This document shows positions 28,836-38,940 of a stretch of 64,000 nt of DNA, piece by piece. The translations under genes were made by a program, and so were the position numbers. Positions within the stretch are counted from its first letter, which is position 1, and the number at the start of each line of letters is the position of its first letter. The notes beneath the pieces were generated by a model that had not been told where the DNA came from, did no database searches, and worked only from the letters and a program-made list of their open reading frames with translations. The stretch comes from Candidatus Micrarchaeota archaeon (GTDB lineage: Archaea; Micrarchaeota; Micrarchaeia; Anstonellales; Bilamarchaeaceae). The stretch is taken from assembly GCA_043827025.1 (NCBI GenBank), contig JBDRPL010000019.1:24273-88272 (forward strand). Direction: 5' to 3'.

Positions 28836-31457
28836 ATGAAAAAATACTTGTTATTTCTGCTTTTGCTTGGAAGCTTGGTGAATTCGGCCCTTATTCGGGT
28901 TGATCTTTCAGAATCTATAGTGGGGTATGCCGAAAAAGAGGCAATAAAAATCGGTGAATATGATTTCCTAGTGTTTGACCATATAAACAGTAAGCTAGGT
29001 CCAGGGGGCATTCAGCTTGCTACATCTGTTGATGTAAAAATTTATCATGCGCAGGGAGGAGTCACATCTCTTTATTCTTCAGTGACTTTGGTTCCTGGCC
29101 AGGACATTGAATTTAGGTTGCCAAGCACAGGTGCCCTTCCATTTCCGGAAGAAGCAGGGTCTGGGATAGTAACAATCGATCGTCTCTCAGTGTTTCCTGC
29201 GAAGGAAATTGATTTCACTTTGATTGCGCCATTTGTCCATAAATGTACGGAACTTGTCGAACCAAATCTTTTAGTAAAGAATACTGTGACTGCAGATTCT
29301 TATACATTTGAGTACTCTGAACATTTTCCTGGCTGCGCCGTTGGTGAATTTTGTGGAAACCAGGGGTTGCCTGAGGACCTTGGCGTTACTAAAAGCCGTT
29401 TATTTGCAACGCTTGAAACCAGCGATTCTGCGTTTGATATGTGTACTGGAGCTACAACCATTAGGGAAGTGAGTTGTACTAATATGTACAACCCAAAAAT
29501 TGTGGAATTAAATTGTCCTGAAGCACTGGTTTGCAGTGAGGGTGCATGTGTTTTGCCTTCAACTGTTTGTGGAGGGGCGTGGAGGGGATTCAATAGTGCA
29601 TTCGAGCAGGCTTCCCAGGAAAATGTCTTTTTCAAGTTCAATGCAGGTGCATTCAAAGCGGCTGATGTAAAATGCGCAGGAGGATATGTTCCATTGACAA
29701 TGACTTCAGGAACCAATTATCTTGCAACTACCAATCAGAATGATGAGGCAGTTCATTTAAATTCATTTAACTTGTGTGTCGAGAGGGGTATGCGGCCATT
29801 CTCTTTTTGGCAGTTTTCCCGTGACATGTACTTTGTCAGTGCCTTTTCCTGCCAGAGAGCAGCAAATAGTTTTGAATTCAAGCTTGTTTCGAAGAAAGTC
29901 TCTCCAACATGCAGCGGTCCTTCTCTTAATCAACTAAATACTGCAGTAAATGGAAATACGAAATTCCGATATGACTCAGGCACTGGCTATTACCTGACTT
30001 TCTTCCATCCGGACGTCTGTTCAGGAAACAGTGTCACTGAGAAATATTGCGATGGTAATTCTATAAAAGATAAGACAACTGTATGTCCTGTAGGTACTCT
30101 TTGCAGTGATGGTGCATGTGTGCAGGCTGCTGAGGTTGAATGCCAGGTCACCAGGGACTGCCAAATGAATTTCAGGGTATGTCTCAATGGCAAGTGCGAA
30201 GCAAGAGGTGTTGTGGCATGCGTTGACGATAGTGCCTGCAGCGGAATTACAGTATGCCATGGAGATGGATTTTGTAGTATGTTGTGCAGGGACAGTAGCA
30301 ACTGTGCTGAGGGATTTTTCTGCGATCAAGAGGGGCGCTGTATTGATCATCAATTGCAATGCCAGATAGATTCTGACTGCCCAGAAAATGGCCAGGTCTG
30401 CCAGAACAACCAGTGCGTTCTTCCAGGTGCAGTCCAATGTCAGAACAACAATGATTGCGATGACGATGAAAAATGCGACAATGGCATATGCGTAGTTGAT
30501 CCGAACAAGATTTCCTATTGCCAGGGCAATGAACTTGGTGTTGGGGATCCGCTGAATGTTGGCGACTATTCATTCTTGTTCAGTACTATTCTCCCAGGTG
30601 TGGATTGCAATAAAGCCAAGATAAAGATATATCAGAATGGCGTACTTAAGGACACTATAACCGAATGCCCGAAAGATGGGATATACACAACATCAATCAA
30701 CGGCGATAACATTGCCATGAGGATGTGCCGAGTTGACAATGCAAATGATATGGGAGTGTTCCAGTTTTCTGTAAATGGCCAAGGGTTATTAGTAAGCACT
30801 TGCGAGGATACTGACAGCGGAATGGACCTTTATAAAAAAGGGGTCACAACTTATGGCGTGAAGGATCTAAATGGGGCATTCATTGATACATCTACAGTCA
30901 GGGATGCCTGCGTGGATGCAGTGTCAGTGAGAAAATATTATTGCGATCCCCTTAACACTGCAAAAAGCACAGTCGTCCAGTGTCCTAATGATGGAGTTTG
31001 TAATGATGGCGTATGCAGTATCGGCAAGAAGCAGATAAATGTCACATTCGAGAAAGGCTGGAATCTGTTTTCAGTGCCTCTTGACAAGACAACAAAGTCT
31101 GTTTCAAGCTGTGGCCAGATGGACTTGTGGACCTATGATAATTCACTGAGCAAATATGTCCAAGTTGATTCGATGCTTTCTGGAAAAAGTTATTGGGGTT
31201 ATGTCAGTAGCAAGTGCCAGATGACTTTTGAAGGAGAAGGACTTAACATAAATGGATTGCAATTAAAGAAGGGTTGGAACCAGATTCCATCTTCATTTGT
31301 CCAACAGAAGCTTGATGACCTTCTTTTGCTATGCAATGTAGCTCATGGGCCTTGGACATATGATACTCTGCAAAATACATACATACTTGCGCAGAATTCA
31401 GTTCCAGGAAAAGGATATTTTGTCAAGGTTGGTGCAGACTGCAAACTGGAGGGATGA
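28836..31457 (+). CDS. Secreted Cys-rich multidomain surface protein
   Basis: Signal peptide, repeated D.C....V..YYC / CP....C..G.C modules, five C....DC...C modules and C-terminal KGWN repeats. Confidence 0.8.
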   Translation: MKKYLLFLLLLGSLVNSALIRVDLSESIVGYAEKEAIKIGEYDFLVFDHINSKLGPGGIQLATSVDVKIYHAQGGVTSLYSSVTLVPGQDIEFRLPSTGALPFPEEAGSGIVTIDRLSVFPAKEIDFTLIAPFVHKCTELVEPNLLVKNTVTADSYTFEYSEHFPGCAVGEFCGNQGLPEDLGVTKSRLFATLETSDSAFDMCTGATTIREVSCTNMYNPKIVELNCPEALVCSEGACVLPSTVCGGAWRGFNSAFEQASQENVFFKFNAGAFKAADVKCAGGYVPLTMTSGTNYLATTNQNDEAVHLNSFNLCVERGMRPFSFWQFSRDMYFVSAFSCQRAANSFEFKLVSKKVSPTCSGPSLNQLNTAVNGNTKFRYDSGTGYYLTFFHPDVCSGNSVTEKYCDGNSIKDKTTVCPVGTLCSDGACVQAAEVECQVTRDCQMNFRVCLNGKCEARGVVACVDDSACSGITVCHGDGFCSMLCRDSSNCAEGFFCDQEGRCIDHQLQCQIDSDCPENGQVCQNNQCVLPGAVQCQNNNDCDDDEKCDNGICVVDPNKISYCQGNELGVGDPLNVGDYSFLFSTILPGVDCNKAKIKIYQNGVLKDTITECPKDGIYTTSINGDNIAMRMCRVDNANDMGVFQFSVNGQGLLVSTCEDTDSGMDLYKKGVTTYGVKDLNGAFIDTSTVRDACVDAVSVRKYYCDPLNTAKSTVVQCPNDGVCNDGVCSIGKKQINVTFEKGWNLFSVPLDKTTKSVSSCGQMDLWTYDNSLSKYVQVDSMLSGKSYWGYVSSKCQMTFEGEGLNINGLQLKKGWNQIPSSFVQQKLDDLLLLCNVAHGPWTYDTLQNTYILAQNSVPGKGYFVKVGADCKLEG

Positions 31458-31460
31458 AAA

Positions 31461-31844
31461 ATGACAGATGATGATAAACTCGACGAATTAGCAGAGGATT
31501 TCAAAGAAGAATCCGAAGATTATGAAGCAGAGAAAAAAGAGAAAATTGAGAAGGCAAAGGAAAAAATTCTGCAATCAAGGAAAACAAAAGATTTGGAAGA
31601 GCCTGAAACTGTTGAGGTTCAGAAGAATTCAAAGACCGGAATGTGGTTTGTGGTTGCAATCATTGTTTTTCTGATTATTCTTGGGGCTGCATATATTGCA
31701 GTTAATCAGGGCATGTTTGGACCAGCAACTCCGGTACATGTAAATCAGACCAATACTACAATTGTCCAGCCACCTGTTAACGATTCAGTGGTTCCGGCAA
31801 ACAATGTTCCACCACCATTGCCAGATGAATTCTTTGGGCAGTGA
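31461..31844 (+). CDS. Single-pass membrane protein
   Basis: Acidic coiled N-terminus, one TM helix, and a Pro-rich C-terminus with N-x-T/S sequons. Confidence 0.7.
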   Translation: MTDDDKLDELAEDFKEESEDYEAEKKEKIEKAKEKILQSRKTKDLEEPETVEVQKNSKTGMWFVVAIIVFLIILGAAYIAVNQGMFGPATPVHVNQTNTTIVQPPVNDSVVPANNVPPPLPDEFFGQ

Positions 31845-32261
31845 TTATTTTTTATTTATTTTTTCAGTGGTTATAAGGCCAAAAGCCCTTTTTCTCAAAA
31901 CCTCAGCATCGTTTTCATTGAAAAATATCTTTTCCGGTAACCTATTCTTTTCAAGCACTTTCTGGAACTCTACAAATTCTTCTTTTGTCAAGTGTACCAT
32001 AAACTTCTTTCCATATCCGTACGACTCAAACAAGGCTCCCTTTTCATCGTACAAAGCCAAGTCAGGAATCTTGGAATCTATATATATGCTGACCAGTTTC
32101 TTTACTTCTTCCTTTGTTATTTCTCTTCTTCGCGAAGTTATTTGGAATTCTGTCTGAAGTTGAGTGGCTTTCTTTGCAAGATATTCTAGCATGACCTTTA
32201 GCAATATGCGCATATCCACGCCCTTCATGTATTCCTCATTTAAGTAATATGTGTCTCTCAT
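31845..32261 (-). CDS. Hypothetical protein
   Basis: ATGA coupling to the upstream MBL hydrolase gene and host-like amino acid composition. Confidence 0.6.
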   Translation of the reverse strand: MRDTYYLNEEYMKGVDMRILLKVMLEYLAKKATQLQTEFQITSRRREITKEEVKKLVSIYIDSKIPDLALYDEKGALFESYGYGKKFMVHLTKEEFVEFQKVLEKNRLPEKIFFNENDAEVLRKRAFGLITTEKINKK

Positions 32262-33034
32262 ATAATATCAACCTTCATGCCATCTTTTGCAGCCATGCAT
32301 TTTATACCTGTTGCATCTTCTATCTTTTTTGCCTCTTTCTCAGGCCCTGCACTTAGCATTTTCATTCCTAAATGATATATAATTATTTTTTTAGGCATTG
32401 CCTTTCTTGCGATGGCTATTACGTCATCAGTTTTCAAATGGTCAGGAATCTGGTCTTTCTTCGGCTTCAGGCAGCTTACGAAAAGAGTATCGCAGCCTTT
32501 GTAAAGCTCGCCTAGTTCTTCAAAATATTCAGTATCGCTTATAATGCCCATTGTTTTTCCTTCTGCACTCAGCTTGAAGCCGAACCCAGTTGGCTCATCA
32601 TGCCTTGATTTTATTATTTCTATCTCGAATTCCGAATTTTTGGTCTTGAATTTTTTCCTTTCTCCGTATTTTGCAGTGTAAACTGTTCCTATCTTTCCAA
32701 GATGATATCTTGTAATTCCAGTATCGCCTTTTGCATCCCCTTCGACAACGTATCTGCTCCCTATAAAAATCCCTTTCTTCTTGAGTGCGTAACTTGTCAT
32801 CCCCTCTACCATGAGACTGGACTCGTTGCAATGATCTATATGGTAATGAGTAACTATTATCGCATCCAGTTTCAAAGGGTCAAGGCTGTATTTTTTGCAT
32901 TGCAGTATCGAACCAGGGCCGGGGTCTATCATTATGTTCAAGTCATTGGTTCTGAGCCACTGGCCGCCTGTCGAACGGATTTGCTTAAGGAGATTGACTC
33001 TGCCTCCTCCAGTTCCAAGGAATATGAGTTCCAT
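32258..33034 (-). CDS. MBL-fold metallo-hydrolase
   Basis: FLGTGG, IDPGPG, THYHIDH, SDT, DHL, YHLG. Confidence 0.9.
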   Translation of the reverse strand: MELIFLGTGGGRVNLLKQIRSTGGQWLRTNDLNIMIDPGPGSILQCKKYSLDPLKLDAIIVTHYHIDHCNESSLMVEGMTSYALKKKGIFIGSRYVVEGDAKGDTGITRYHLGKIGTVYTAKYGERKKFKTKNSEFEIEIIKSRHDEPTGFGFKLSAEGKTMGIISDTEYFEELGELYKGCDTLFVSCLKPKKDQIPDHLKTDDVIAIARKAMPKKIIIYHLGMKMLSAGPEKEAKKIEDATGIKCMAAKDGMKVDII

Positions 33035-33150
33035 GAACCTGTTTCTGACTTATTGTTTAAAAAGACATTCGCTATCTTGGGATTATTTTACGCATAACCA
33101 CACAATTTAACATATTTAAATCCTTCCATGCAGAATGATCTAAGATCTTC

Positions 33151-33669
33151 ATGTCCGGTTTAAAATCATATTTGCAAAGAGTCCGTGATCGACTTATTAA
33201 GAAACCTAAATCTATGCCAGTACGTTGCAGGTTTTTGGAAAGCACTTCTGTTCCAAATAGGCGGATAAGAAGCTTTGCCAGGTTTCCTGTAGAAAGTGGC
33301 TGTAACTACTCAAACAGGTGGGCTCGAGATCAAAACAGCATTCACCAAGGCTCTCTTTCTACAAATGGAATACGTGCACCTACAAAGAAGATTGATTTGA
33401 GTCCTGCCCGATTGGGCGGAACAATTGCACTTAACTTTAGCGGAACACCTCTTTTCATCCACATCTCCAGCATTGGGACGTCATCTGTTTCAATCTCAAT
33501 TCTGCGCCCAGATTCGTCTTGGCTGTTTGAAGATTGTAGTATCGAATGTGGCAGGTCTATAACACATCTTGGCGAATACGTCTTTTCGCTAACTTTGAAC
33601 AAATTCATGTTTGATCCTTCAGCAAGGGATGCCCAGATATCTCTTTCTCTTTCGGTTCTTGCAGATTAA
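33151..33669 (+). CDS. Hypothetical protein
   Basis: Own TATA box (TATTTAAA, ~33113), basic N-terminus and a beta-rich C-terminal half. Confidence 0.55.
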   Translation: MSGLKSYLQRVRDRLIKKPKSMPVRCRFLESTSVPNRRIRSFARFPVESGCNYSNRWARDQNSIHQGSLSTNGIRAPTKKIDLSPARLGGTIALNFSGTPLFIHISSIGTSSVSISILRPDSSWLFEDCSIECGRSITHLGEYVFSLTLNKFMFDPSARDAQISLSLSVLAD

Positions 33670-34574
33670 TCTCTTTTTTTTCCAATCATCTCGCAGAACT
33701 TGCACATTTTATGAGAAGTTGGCTCGCCGCAGGTTTCACATCCTTTTATATCTCCTTTCTGAACATTCTGGCGTAGTTTGTTCTGCAATGTCATGAAACT
33801 GTTTAATATCTTGAACTTGGTTCCAGGGTATTTTTCTTCTATTTCATTTAATTTGTGGCGGATTTCCTGCCTGAATGCATGAACTGCATAAGGGCATTCC
33901 TGGCCATGTATCTCAAGGCCTTTCAGCAGTCCGTAGATCGCAACTTCCTTTTCCGGGGTTCGGATCAGGGGTTTTATTCTCGGGATGAATTTTTTATCTT
34001 CTTCTATTGGATGGAGGTATCTTGCAAGCCTCGTAGGCTCGTTTCGCATTATATTCATTAAGGTTGTCTGTGCAGCATCGTCTAGGTTATGGCCAATTGC
34101 CAGCTTGTCAGCACGCATCTCGCGCGCAGCTTTGTTTAACAAATAGCGTCTTGAAACTCCGCAATAGCTGCAGGGTATTGTTTTCTTTTCCTTCATTATC
34201 TCATCAAGCGTCTTTCCAGTCACTTCTTTGAACGAAACAACTCGGTGCTCGATTTTCAATTTCTTACAAAGCTTTTCCGCAATCTTCAGGCTGCTTGCAC
34301 GATAGCCTTTGATTCCTTCATCAATCGTTATTGCTACGAGCTCAAAAGGCAGTTTCTTTTGCAGTTTGTGCAATAAATAAAGCATCACAGAAGAATCCTT
34401 TCCGCCAGACACTCCAACTGCAATTCGTTCTCCTTTTGTTATTTTTGAAGTTTCGCCAACAGTCTGGAAGAATCGTTTCTCGAACATTGCGCAGAAATGG
34501 TTTTTGCAAAGGTGCAGTCCACCATAGGAAAGATAAATTATAGCCTCACGGCCGCATTTCGAGCATTTTTCCAT
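33666..34574 (-). CDS. ttuA: tRNA 2-thiolation protein, TtuA/NcsA family (TIGR00269-like)
   Basis: N- and C-terminal Zn fingers, PP-loop SGGKDS, CSYCG, GHNLDD, CPY. Confidence 0.88.
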   Translation of the reverse strand: MEKCSKCGREAIIYLSYGGLHLCKNHFCAMFEKRFFQTVGETSKITKGERIAVGVSGGKDSSVMLYLLHKLQKKLPFELVAITIDEGIKGYRASSLKIAEKLCKKLKIEHRVVSFKEVTGKTLDEIMKEKKTIPCSYCGVSRRYLLNKAAREMRADKLAIGHNLDDAAQTTLMNIMRNEPTRLARYLHPIEEDKKFIPRIKPLIRTPEKEVAIYGLLKGLEIHGQECPYAVHAFRQEIRHKLNEIEEKYPGTKFKILNSFMTLQNKLRQNVQKGDIKGCETCGEPTSHKMCKFCEMIGKKRD

Positions 34575-34615
34575 GGTTAGTAATGATTATGGTAATAATT
34601 AAATGCTATTTGGAT

Positions 34616-35224
34616 TCAATAAATGGGCTTGAGATCCAATTGCCTTTGTGTTTCTTTGAGTGCTATCACTTCAATCAAAGTCTGGACAATAGGGTTTGCG
34701 CGTATCAGGATTATAAGTGCCTTTGCAGATTCTTCTTCGAGCATCTTGCTGCCACCTGTTCCTTGGCGTGCTCTTGCAACTTCAGTAATATCCTTTATCA
34801 TCCTAAGGTGATAATTGCTTTCAAGATGTTCAGCAAGCCTTTTGGCATGCCCAATGACTGCACTCAGTTCGATACTTGGCTGGATAGTTGCAACATATAA
34901 TCCATTGCTTCGCGAATGATGTCTTTCAGAGAATGCAGTTGCCAATAATTCTGCATACATGCGCAATTCATCACTTCCAATGTTTCTGGAAAACCTATAC
35001 ATTAGGTAGCCTTGTTCGCCTTCCAAGCAGCCTATTGCGCTTAATGTTGCACGTGGTTCAATTTCAGTTGAGAGCTCGAATCTCTTTATTGCGGTTTCAA
35101 ATGAGCCATGTTCAATTTCCTTTCTTTTCCAGTTGCCTAGCTTTCTTTCTATTTGTCTAAAGTCACGCGGAGTCAAAACTAGCTGGCCTGTATTGAGAGT
35201 CTTCCGCTCCACTTGTTTATACAT
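34616..35224 (-). CDS. Hypothetical protein
   Basis: 202-aa ORF between the thiS-like gene and ttuA, with its own TATA-like element. Confidence 0.55.
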   Translation of the reverse strand: MYKQVERKTLNTGQLVLTPRDFRQIERKLGNWKRKEIEHGSFETAIKRFELSTEIEPRATLSAIGCLEGEQGYLMYRFSRNIGSDELRMYAELLATAFSERHHSRSNGLYVATIQPSIELSAVIGHAKRLAEHLESNYHLRMIKDITEVARARQGTGGSKMLEEESAKALIILIRANPIVQTLIEVIALKETQRQLDLKPIY

Positions 35225-35260
35225 GTGTTAATAGATGTAGAAATAGGTTTATATTCGTAT

Positions 35261-35449
35261 CTACCCGCCAAAAACTACGGTAATTATCTCGACCTTGTCC
35301 CTGTCTGTTACTTTCGCTGTCTCAGGAACTAGCTTTCCATTGACCTTTATTATTACCTCTTCCCTTCTGATCTTCTCTTTCTTTAGAATGTTAGATACAG
35401 TGCCTGAAAATTTCACTGATTTTGTTTTGTTGTCAATGCTTAGTTTCAT
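35261..35449 (-). CDS. ThiS/MoaD/SAMP-family sulfur carrier
   Basis: Ubiquitin-like, with VNGK and a C-terminal VFGG. Close to ttuA. Confidence 0.88.
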   Translation of the reverse strand: MKLSIDNKTKSVKFSGTVSNILKKEKIRREEVIIKVNGKLVPETAKVTDRDKVEIITVVFGG

Positions 35450-35518
35450 GAATATCAATCATCATCTGTCATGCACCGTTTTTAAACCTTGATTGCGAAT
35501 ATGCAAAAGGGACTATTT

Positions 35519-36739
35519 ATGAAAATCAAATCGATCTTTGCAAGGGAAATCCTGGATTCAAGAGGCAATCCTACTGTTGAAGTGGATCTGACAACTGACA
35601 AAGGATTCGGAAGGGGCGTTGCTCCATCAGGCGCATCAACTGGTGCATATGAGGCTGTTGAACTGAGGGATATAAGCAAAAGATATCTTGGCAAAGGCGT
35701 CCAAAGGGCAGTTGATAATGTCAATATAACAATTGCAAAGGAAGCAAAAGGCAAGGACTTCGAAGAACAGGAAGATTTTGATAATTTCATGCTTAAACTT
35801 GACGGTACGTTCAACAAATCGAATCTTGGAGGCAATGCAATTGTTGCAACTTCCATGGCATTTGCAAGGGCGCATGCCTGCGAAGAAGGAAAGACGGTGT
35901 GGCAGCATTTCGGAGGCAAGAGGATACCTCAGCCGATGTTCAATGTCCTCAATGGAGGAAAGCACGCCGGCGGAAAACTTTCGATCCAGGAATTCATGAT
36001 AATGCCAAAAGGAAAAAATTACAAGGAAACCCTTAGGATGGCAAGCGAGATTTATCATATTCTGGGAAAGCAATTGGTGAAAAAATATGGCCCGAGTTCT
36101 AAAAACGTTGGGGATGAAGGCGGTTATGCACCACAGCTTGAATCGTGCGAGGAGGCCTTAATCGCAATAATGGATGCAGTTGAAGAATCGGGCTACAAAA
36201 ACGAAACAACTCTCTGTTTAGATTCAGCAGCAAGCTCTTTCTATGATGGAGTGAGAAAAACCTATCTGCTGGATGGCAAGGAGCAGTCCTCCGATTATCT
36301 TTTGGAGTATTATCTTGAATTAGTGAAAAAATACCCTATTGTAAGCATAGAAGACCCGTTCGATGAGAATGATTTTGATAGTTTTGCCATACTTACAAAA
36401 AAGCTTGGGAAGAAGGCGCAGGTTGTTGGCGATGATCTTCTAGTAACAAATCCAAAAAGGATCAAGGAGGGAATTGAAAAGAAATCCTGCAATTCTCTTC
36501 TTCTCAAATTGAATCAGATAGGCACTGTCACAGAAGCATTGCATGCGGCTGAGATGTGCAGGGACAATAAGTGGACTATTGTAGTGAGCCATAGATCCGG
36601 TGAGACAGAAGATGCGTTCATCGCTGATTTTTCAGTTGGGATAAATTCAGAATATATAAAAACAGGATCCTGTGCAAGGGGCGAAAGGACTGCGAAATAC
36701 AACCAGCTTCTTAGGATATTCGAGGCAGTTGACAAATGA
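35519..36739 (+). CDS. eno: Enolase
   Basis: REILDSRGNPTVEV, PSGASTG, GDEGG, VGDDL, SHRSGETED. Confidence 0.97.
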   Translation: MKIKSIFAREILDSRGNPTVEVDLTTDKGFGRGVAPSGASTGAYEAVELRDISKRYLGKGVQRAVDNVNITIAKEAKGKDFEEQEDFDNFMLKLDGTFNKSNLGGNAIVATSMAFARAHACEEGKTVWQHFGGKRIPQPMFNVLNGGKHAGGKLSIQEFMIMPKGKNYKETLRMASEIYHILGKQLVKKYGPSSKNVGDEGGYAPQLESCEEALIAIMDAVEESGYKNETTLCLDSAASSFYDGVRKTYLLDGKEQSSDYLLEYYLELVKKYPIVSIEDPFDENDFDSFAILTKKLGKKAQVVGDDLLVTNPKRIKEGIEKKSCNSLLLKLNQIGTVTEALHAAEMCRDNKWTIVVSHRSGETEDAFIADFSVGINSEYIKTGSCARGERTAKYNQLLRIFEAVDK

Positions 36740-37125
36740 TTCTGATAACTATCCTGAGGTTTTTGGGTGCAATAGTTTCAGCAATCGGAACTTTGCTGGT
36801 TTTTCTAGGCGCGCTTGGCTCACCTGAATTAATGTTCACAGGTGTTTCACTAATCATGATCACAGCTGCATTCGATGTCTTGACTGTGAAATATGAAAAT
36901 AAGAAGAAACTGGAAAAGATAAGCAATGATTTTGTGAATTGGGCAGGAATGCAGTTCGCGATTCCAGCATTGATTTTGCTTCTTTACTTTCTCTCATCCG
37001 ACCGCGAGCTTCTTGTTCTGGCGCTTGCATTTGGGATAATGTCTTTCTTCAACGTTGCTGCGAATACGGTAAAGGTTTATATTTCCGAGAATTCATTGGA
37101 AAAAACACGTGCAATTCCGAAATAA
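36736..37125 (+). CDS. Hypothetical membrane protein (about 4 TM)
   Basis: Hydrophobic segments and ATGA coupling to eno. Confidence 0.65.
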   Translation: MILITILRFLGAIVSAIGTLLVFLGALGSPELMFTGVSLIMITAAFDVLTVKYENKKKLEKISNDFVNWAGMQFAIPALILLLYFLSSDRELLVLALAFGIMSFFNVAANTVKVYISENSLEKTRAIPK

Positions 37126-37199
37126 AGCAATTTAAACCTTTTTACCTAAATAGAATATAAAAATCAGATAATATTTACCTTTAATCACGAGTGAGCTTG

Positions 37200-38924
37200 A
37201 TGGTCGACTATAGAAAACCGAATCCCATAGACGCAAAGACGTATTATAAACTTGGAAACGACCACTACGAGAAGGGGGATTACGAGAAGGCAATTGAAAA
37301 CTATAATATGGCAATACTTCTGAATCCTGTTTTTTCCGAGGCATATTTCAATAGGGCATTGAGCGCATACCAGCTCAAGAATTTCGACAAGTCCATCCAG
37401 GACTACATGAAATCCGCCGAGCTTGACCCCCAGAATCCTATTATATACAATAACCGGGGAGATGCATACTACAGGAATCAGGACTATCAGAATGCGATAA
37501 AGGACTATGATAAGGCAATTTCATTGAATCCAGATTATCTCAAGGCCTTCTATAATAGGGGCCTTTCATATGCTTCGATCGAGGAATATGAACGGGCGAT
37601 AGAGGACTTTACTAAAGTAATAAGCATGAAGGATGATTTTGCAGAAGCATATCACCTGAGGGGACTGGCATATGAATATGCAGGCGATCTGGAGTCTGCA
37701 GTAAAGGATTATGAAAAGGCATTGGCATTGAATCCTGATCTTTCAGAAGCAAAGGCTCATCTTGAATCTGTGAAGTCAAAGATGTCTCAGGAGGGTAAAT
37801 CTACCACGACCGGCGATTCCAAGGCAGGGGCAGGAGACATAAAGATGCTCGAGAAGCCTAACATGACTTTCAATGATGTTGCAGGTATGGAAGAGATGAA
37901 AAATGAGATCAGGGAAGCAGTTGTTTATCCTTTGGCTAATCCTGAGCTTGCTAGGAAATATGGTAAGCTTGGAGGAGGCGGAATACTGATGTACGGGCCT
38001 CCGGGTTGCGGTAAAACTTTCATCACAAAGGCTGCTGCAGGCGAATGCAAGGCTGGATTCATAAATGCAAAGCTTTCTGATTTACTTGACATGTATGTAG
38101 GTAATACTGAAAAGAACATCCACAAGGTTTTTGAGCTTGGAAGAAAGAATGTCCCATGTATGCTTTTCTTTGACGAAGTGGATGCTATTGGGGGAAGAAG
38201 GGATGCGCAGGAAGGCCAGCAGTACATGAAGATGGCCGTCAATCAGATGCTTTATGAGATGGATGGTGTTGAGGCGCACAATGACAATGTTCTTATCATT
38301 GCAGCAACAAATGCCCCATGGGATGTTGATCCTGCCCTCAGACGAAGCGGCCGTTTTTCAAAAACGATTTACGTTCCTGAGCCAGATCTCACTTCAAGGT
38401 TTGAAATACTCAAATTGCATTCAAGGAAAAGACCTATAGTGAAAGGAATACCCTTCCGCAGGCTTGCATATGCCACTGAAGGTTATGCGTCCGCTGATCT
38501 CAAGGCAGTTGTTGAAGAAGCTGCTGGTTACCCATGGAGAGAAGCCTTCCATGCCATTGACAAGAAAACAAAGCAGTATATTGCACAGGGAATGGATCCC
38601 AAGCAGGCTGAAGAAAAAGCCAAGCAGGACGTTCAGCAGAGACCAATAACCAGGTATGATTTTGTCAGGGCCGTCCAGAAGAAAAAGTCTTCTTTGCCTC
38701 CATGGTATGCTCAGGCGAAGAAGCAGATAGGCAAGCAGGAAGAAGTTACAATTATAGATGGCAAGGAGCACAAGAAAGTCACTGAAAGCAAGATGGCTCT
38801 TGCTGAAAAAGAAGCTTTCAAGAGATTGCTGGACGTTATAAACTCAAGAAATGGATTCGTCCGTAAGGTAAGGATGTTCCTGGCTAAATATGTTTTCCTT
38901 GGACTTGCGATGCTTCCAATATAA
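37200..38924 (+). CDS. TPR-repeat AAA+ ATPase (CDC48/Vps4-like clade)
   Basis: Five clear TPRs, Walker A GPPGCGKT, pore loop MYVG, Walker B FFDEVD, SRH ATNAPWDVDPALRRSGRF. Confidence 0.9.
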   Translation: MVDYRKPNPIDAKTYYKLGNDHYEKGDYEKAIENYNMAILLNPVFSEAYFNRALSAYQLKNFDKSIQDYMKSAELDPQNPIIYNNRGDAYYRNQDYQNAIKDYDKAISLNPDYLKAFYNRGLSYASIEEYERAIEDFTKVISMKDDFAEAYHLRGLAYEYAGDLESAVKDYEKALALNPDLSEAKAHLESVKSKMSQEGKSTTTGDSKAGAGDIKMLEKPNMTFNDVAGMEEMKNEIREAVVYPLANPELARKYGKLGGGGILMYGPPGCGKTFITKAAAGECKAGFINAKLSDLLDMYVGNTEKNIHKVFELGRKNVPCMLFFDEVDAIGGRRDAQEGQQYMKMAVNQMLYEMDGVEAHNDNVLIIAATNAPWDVDPALRRSGRFSKTIYVPEPDLTSRFEILKLHSRKRPIVKGIPFRRLAYATEGYASADLKAVVEEAAGYPWREAFHAIDKKTKQYIAQGMDPKQAEEKAKQDVQQRPITRYDFVRAVQKKKSSLPPWYAQAKKQIGKQEEVTIIDGKEHKKVTESKMALAEKEAFKRLLDVINSRNGFVRKVRMFLAKYVFLGLAMLPI

Positions 38925-38940
38925 AATGAGTTTTCTATTT

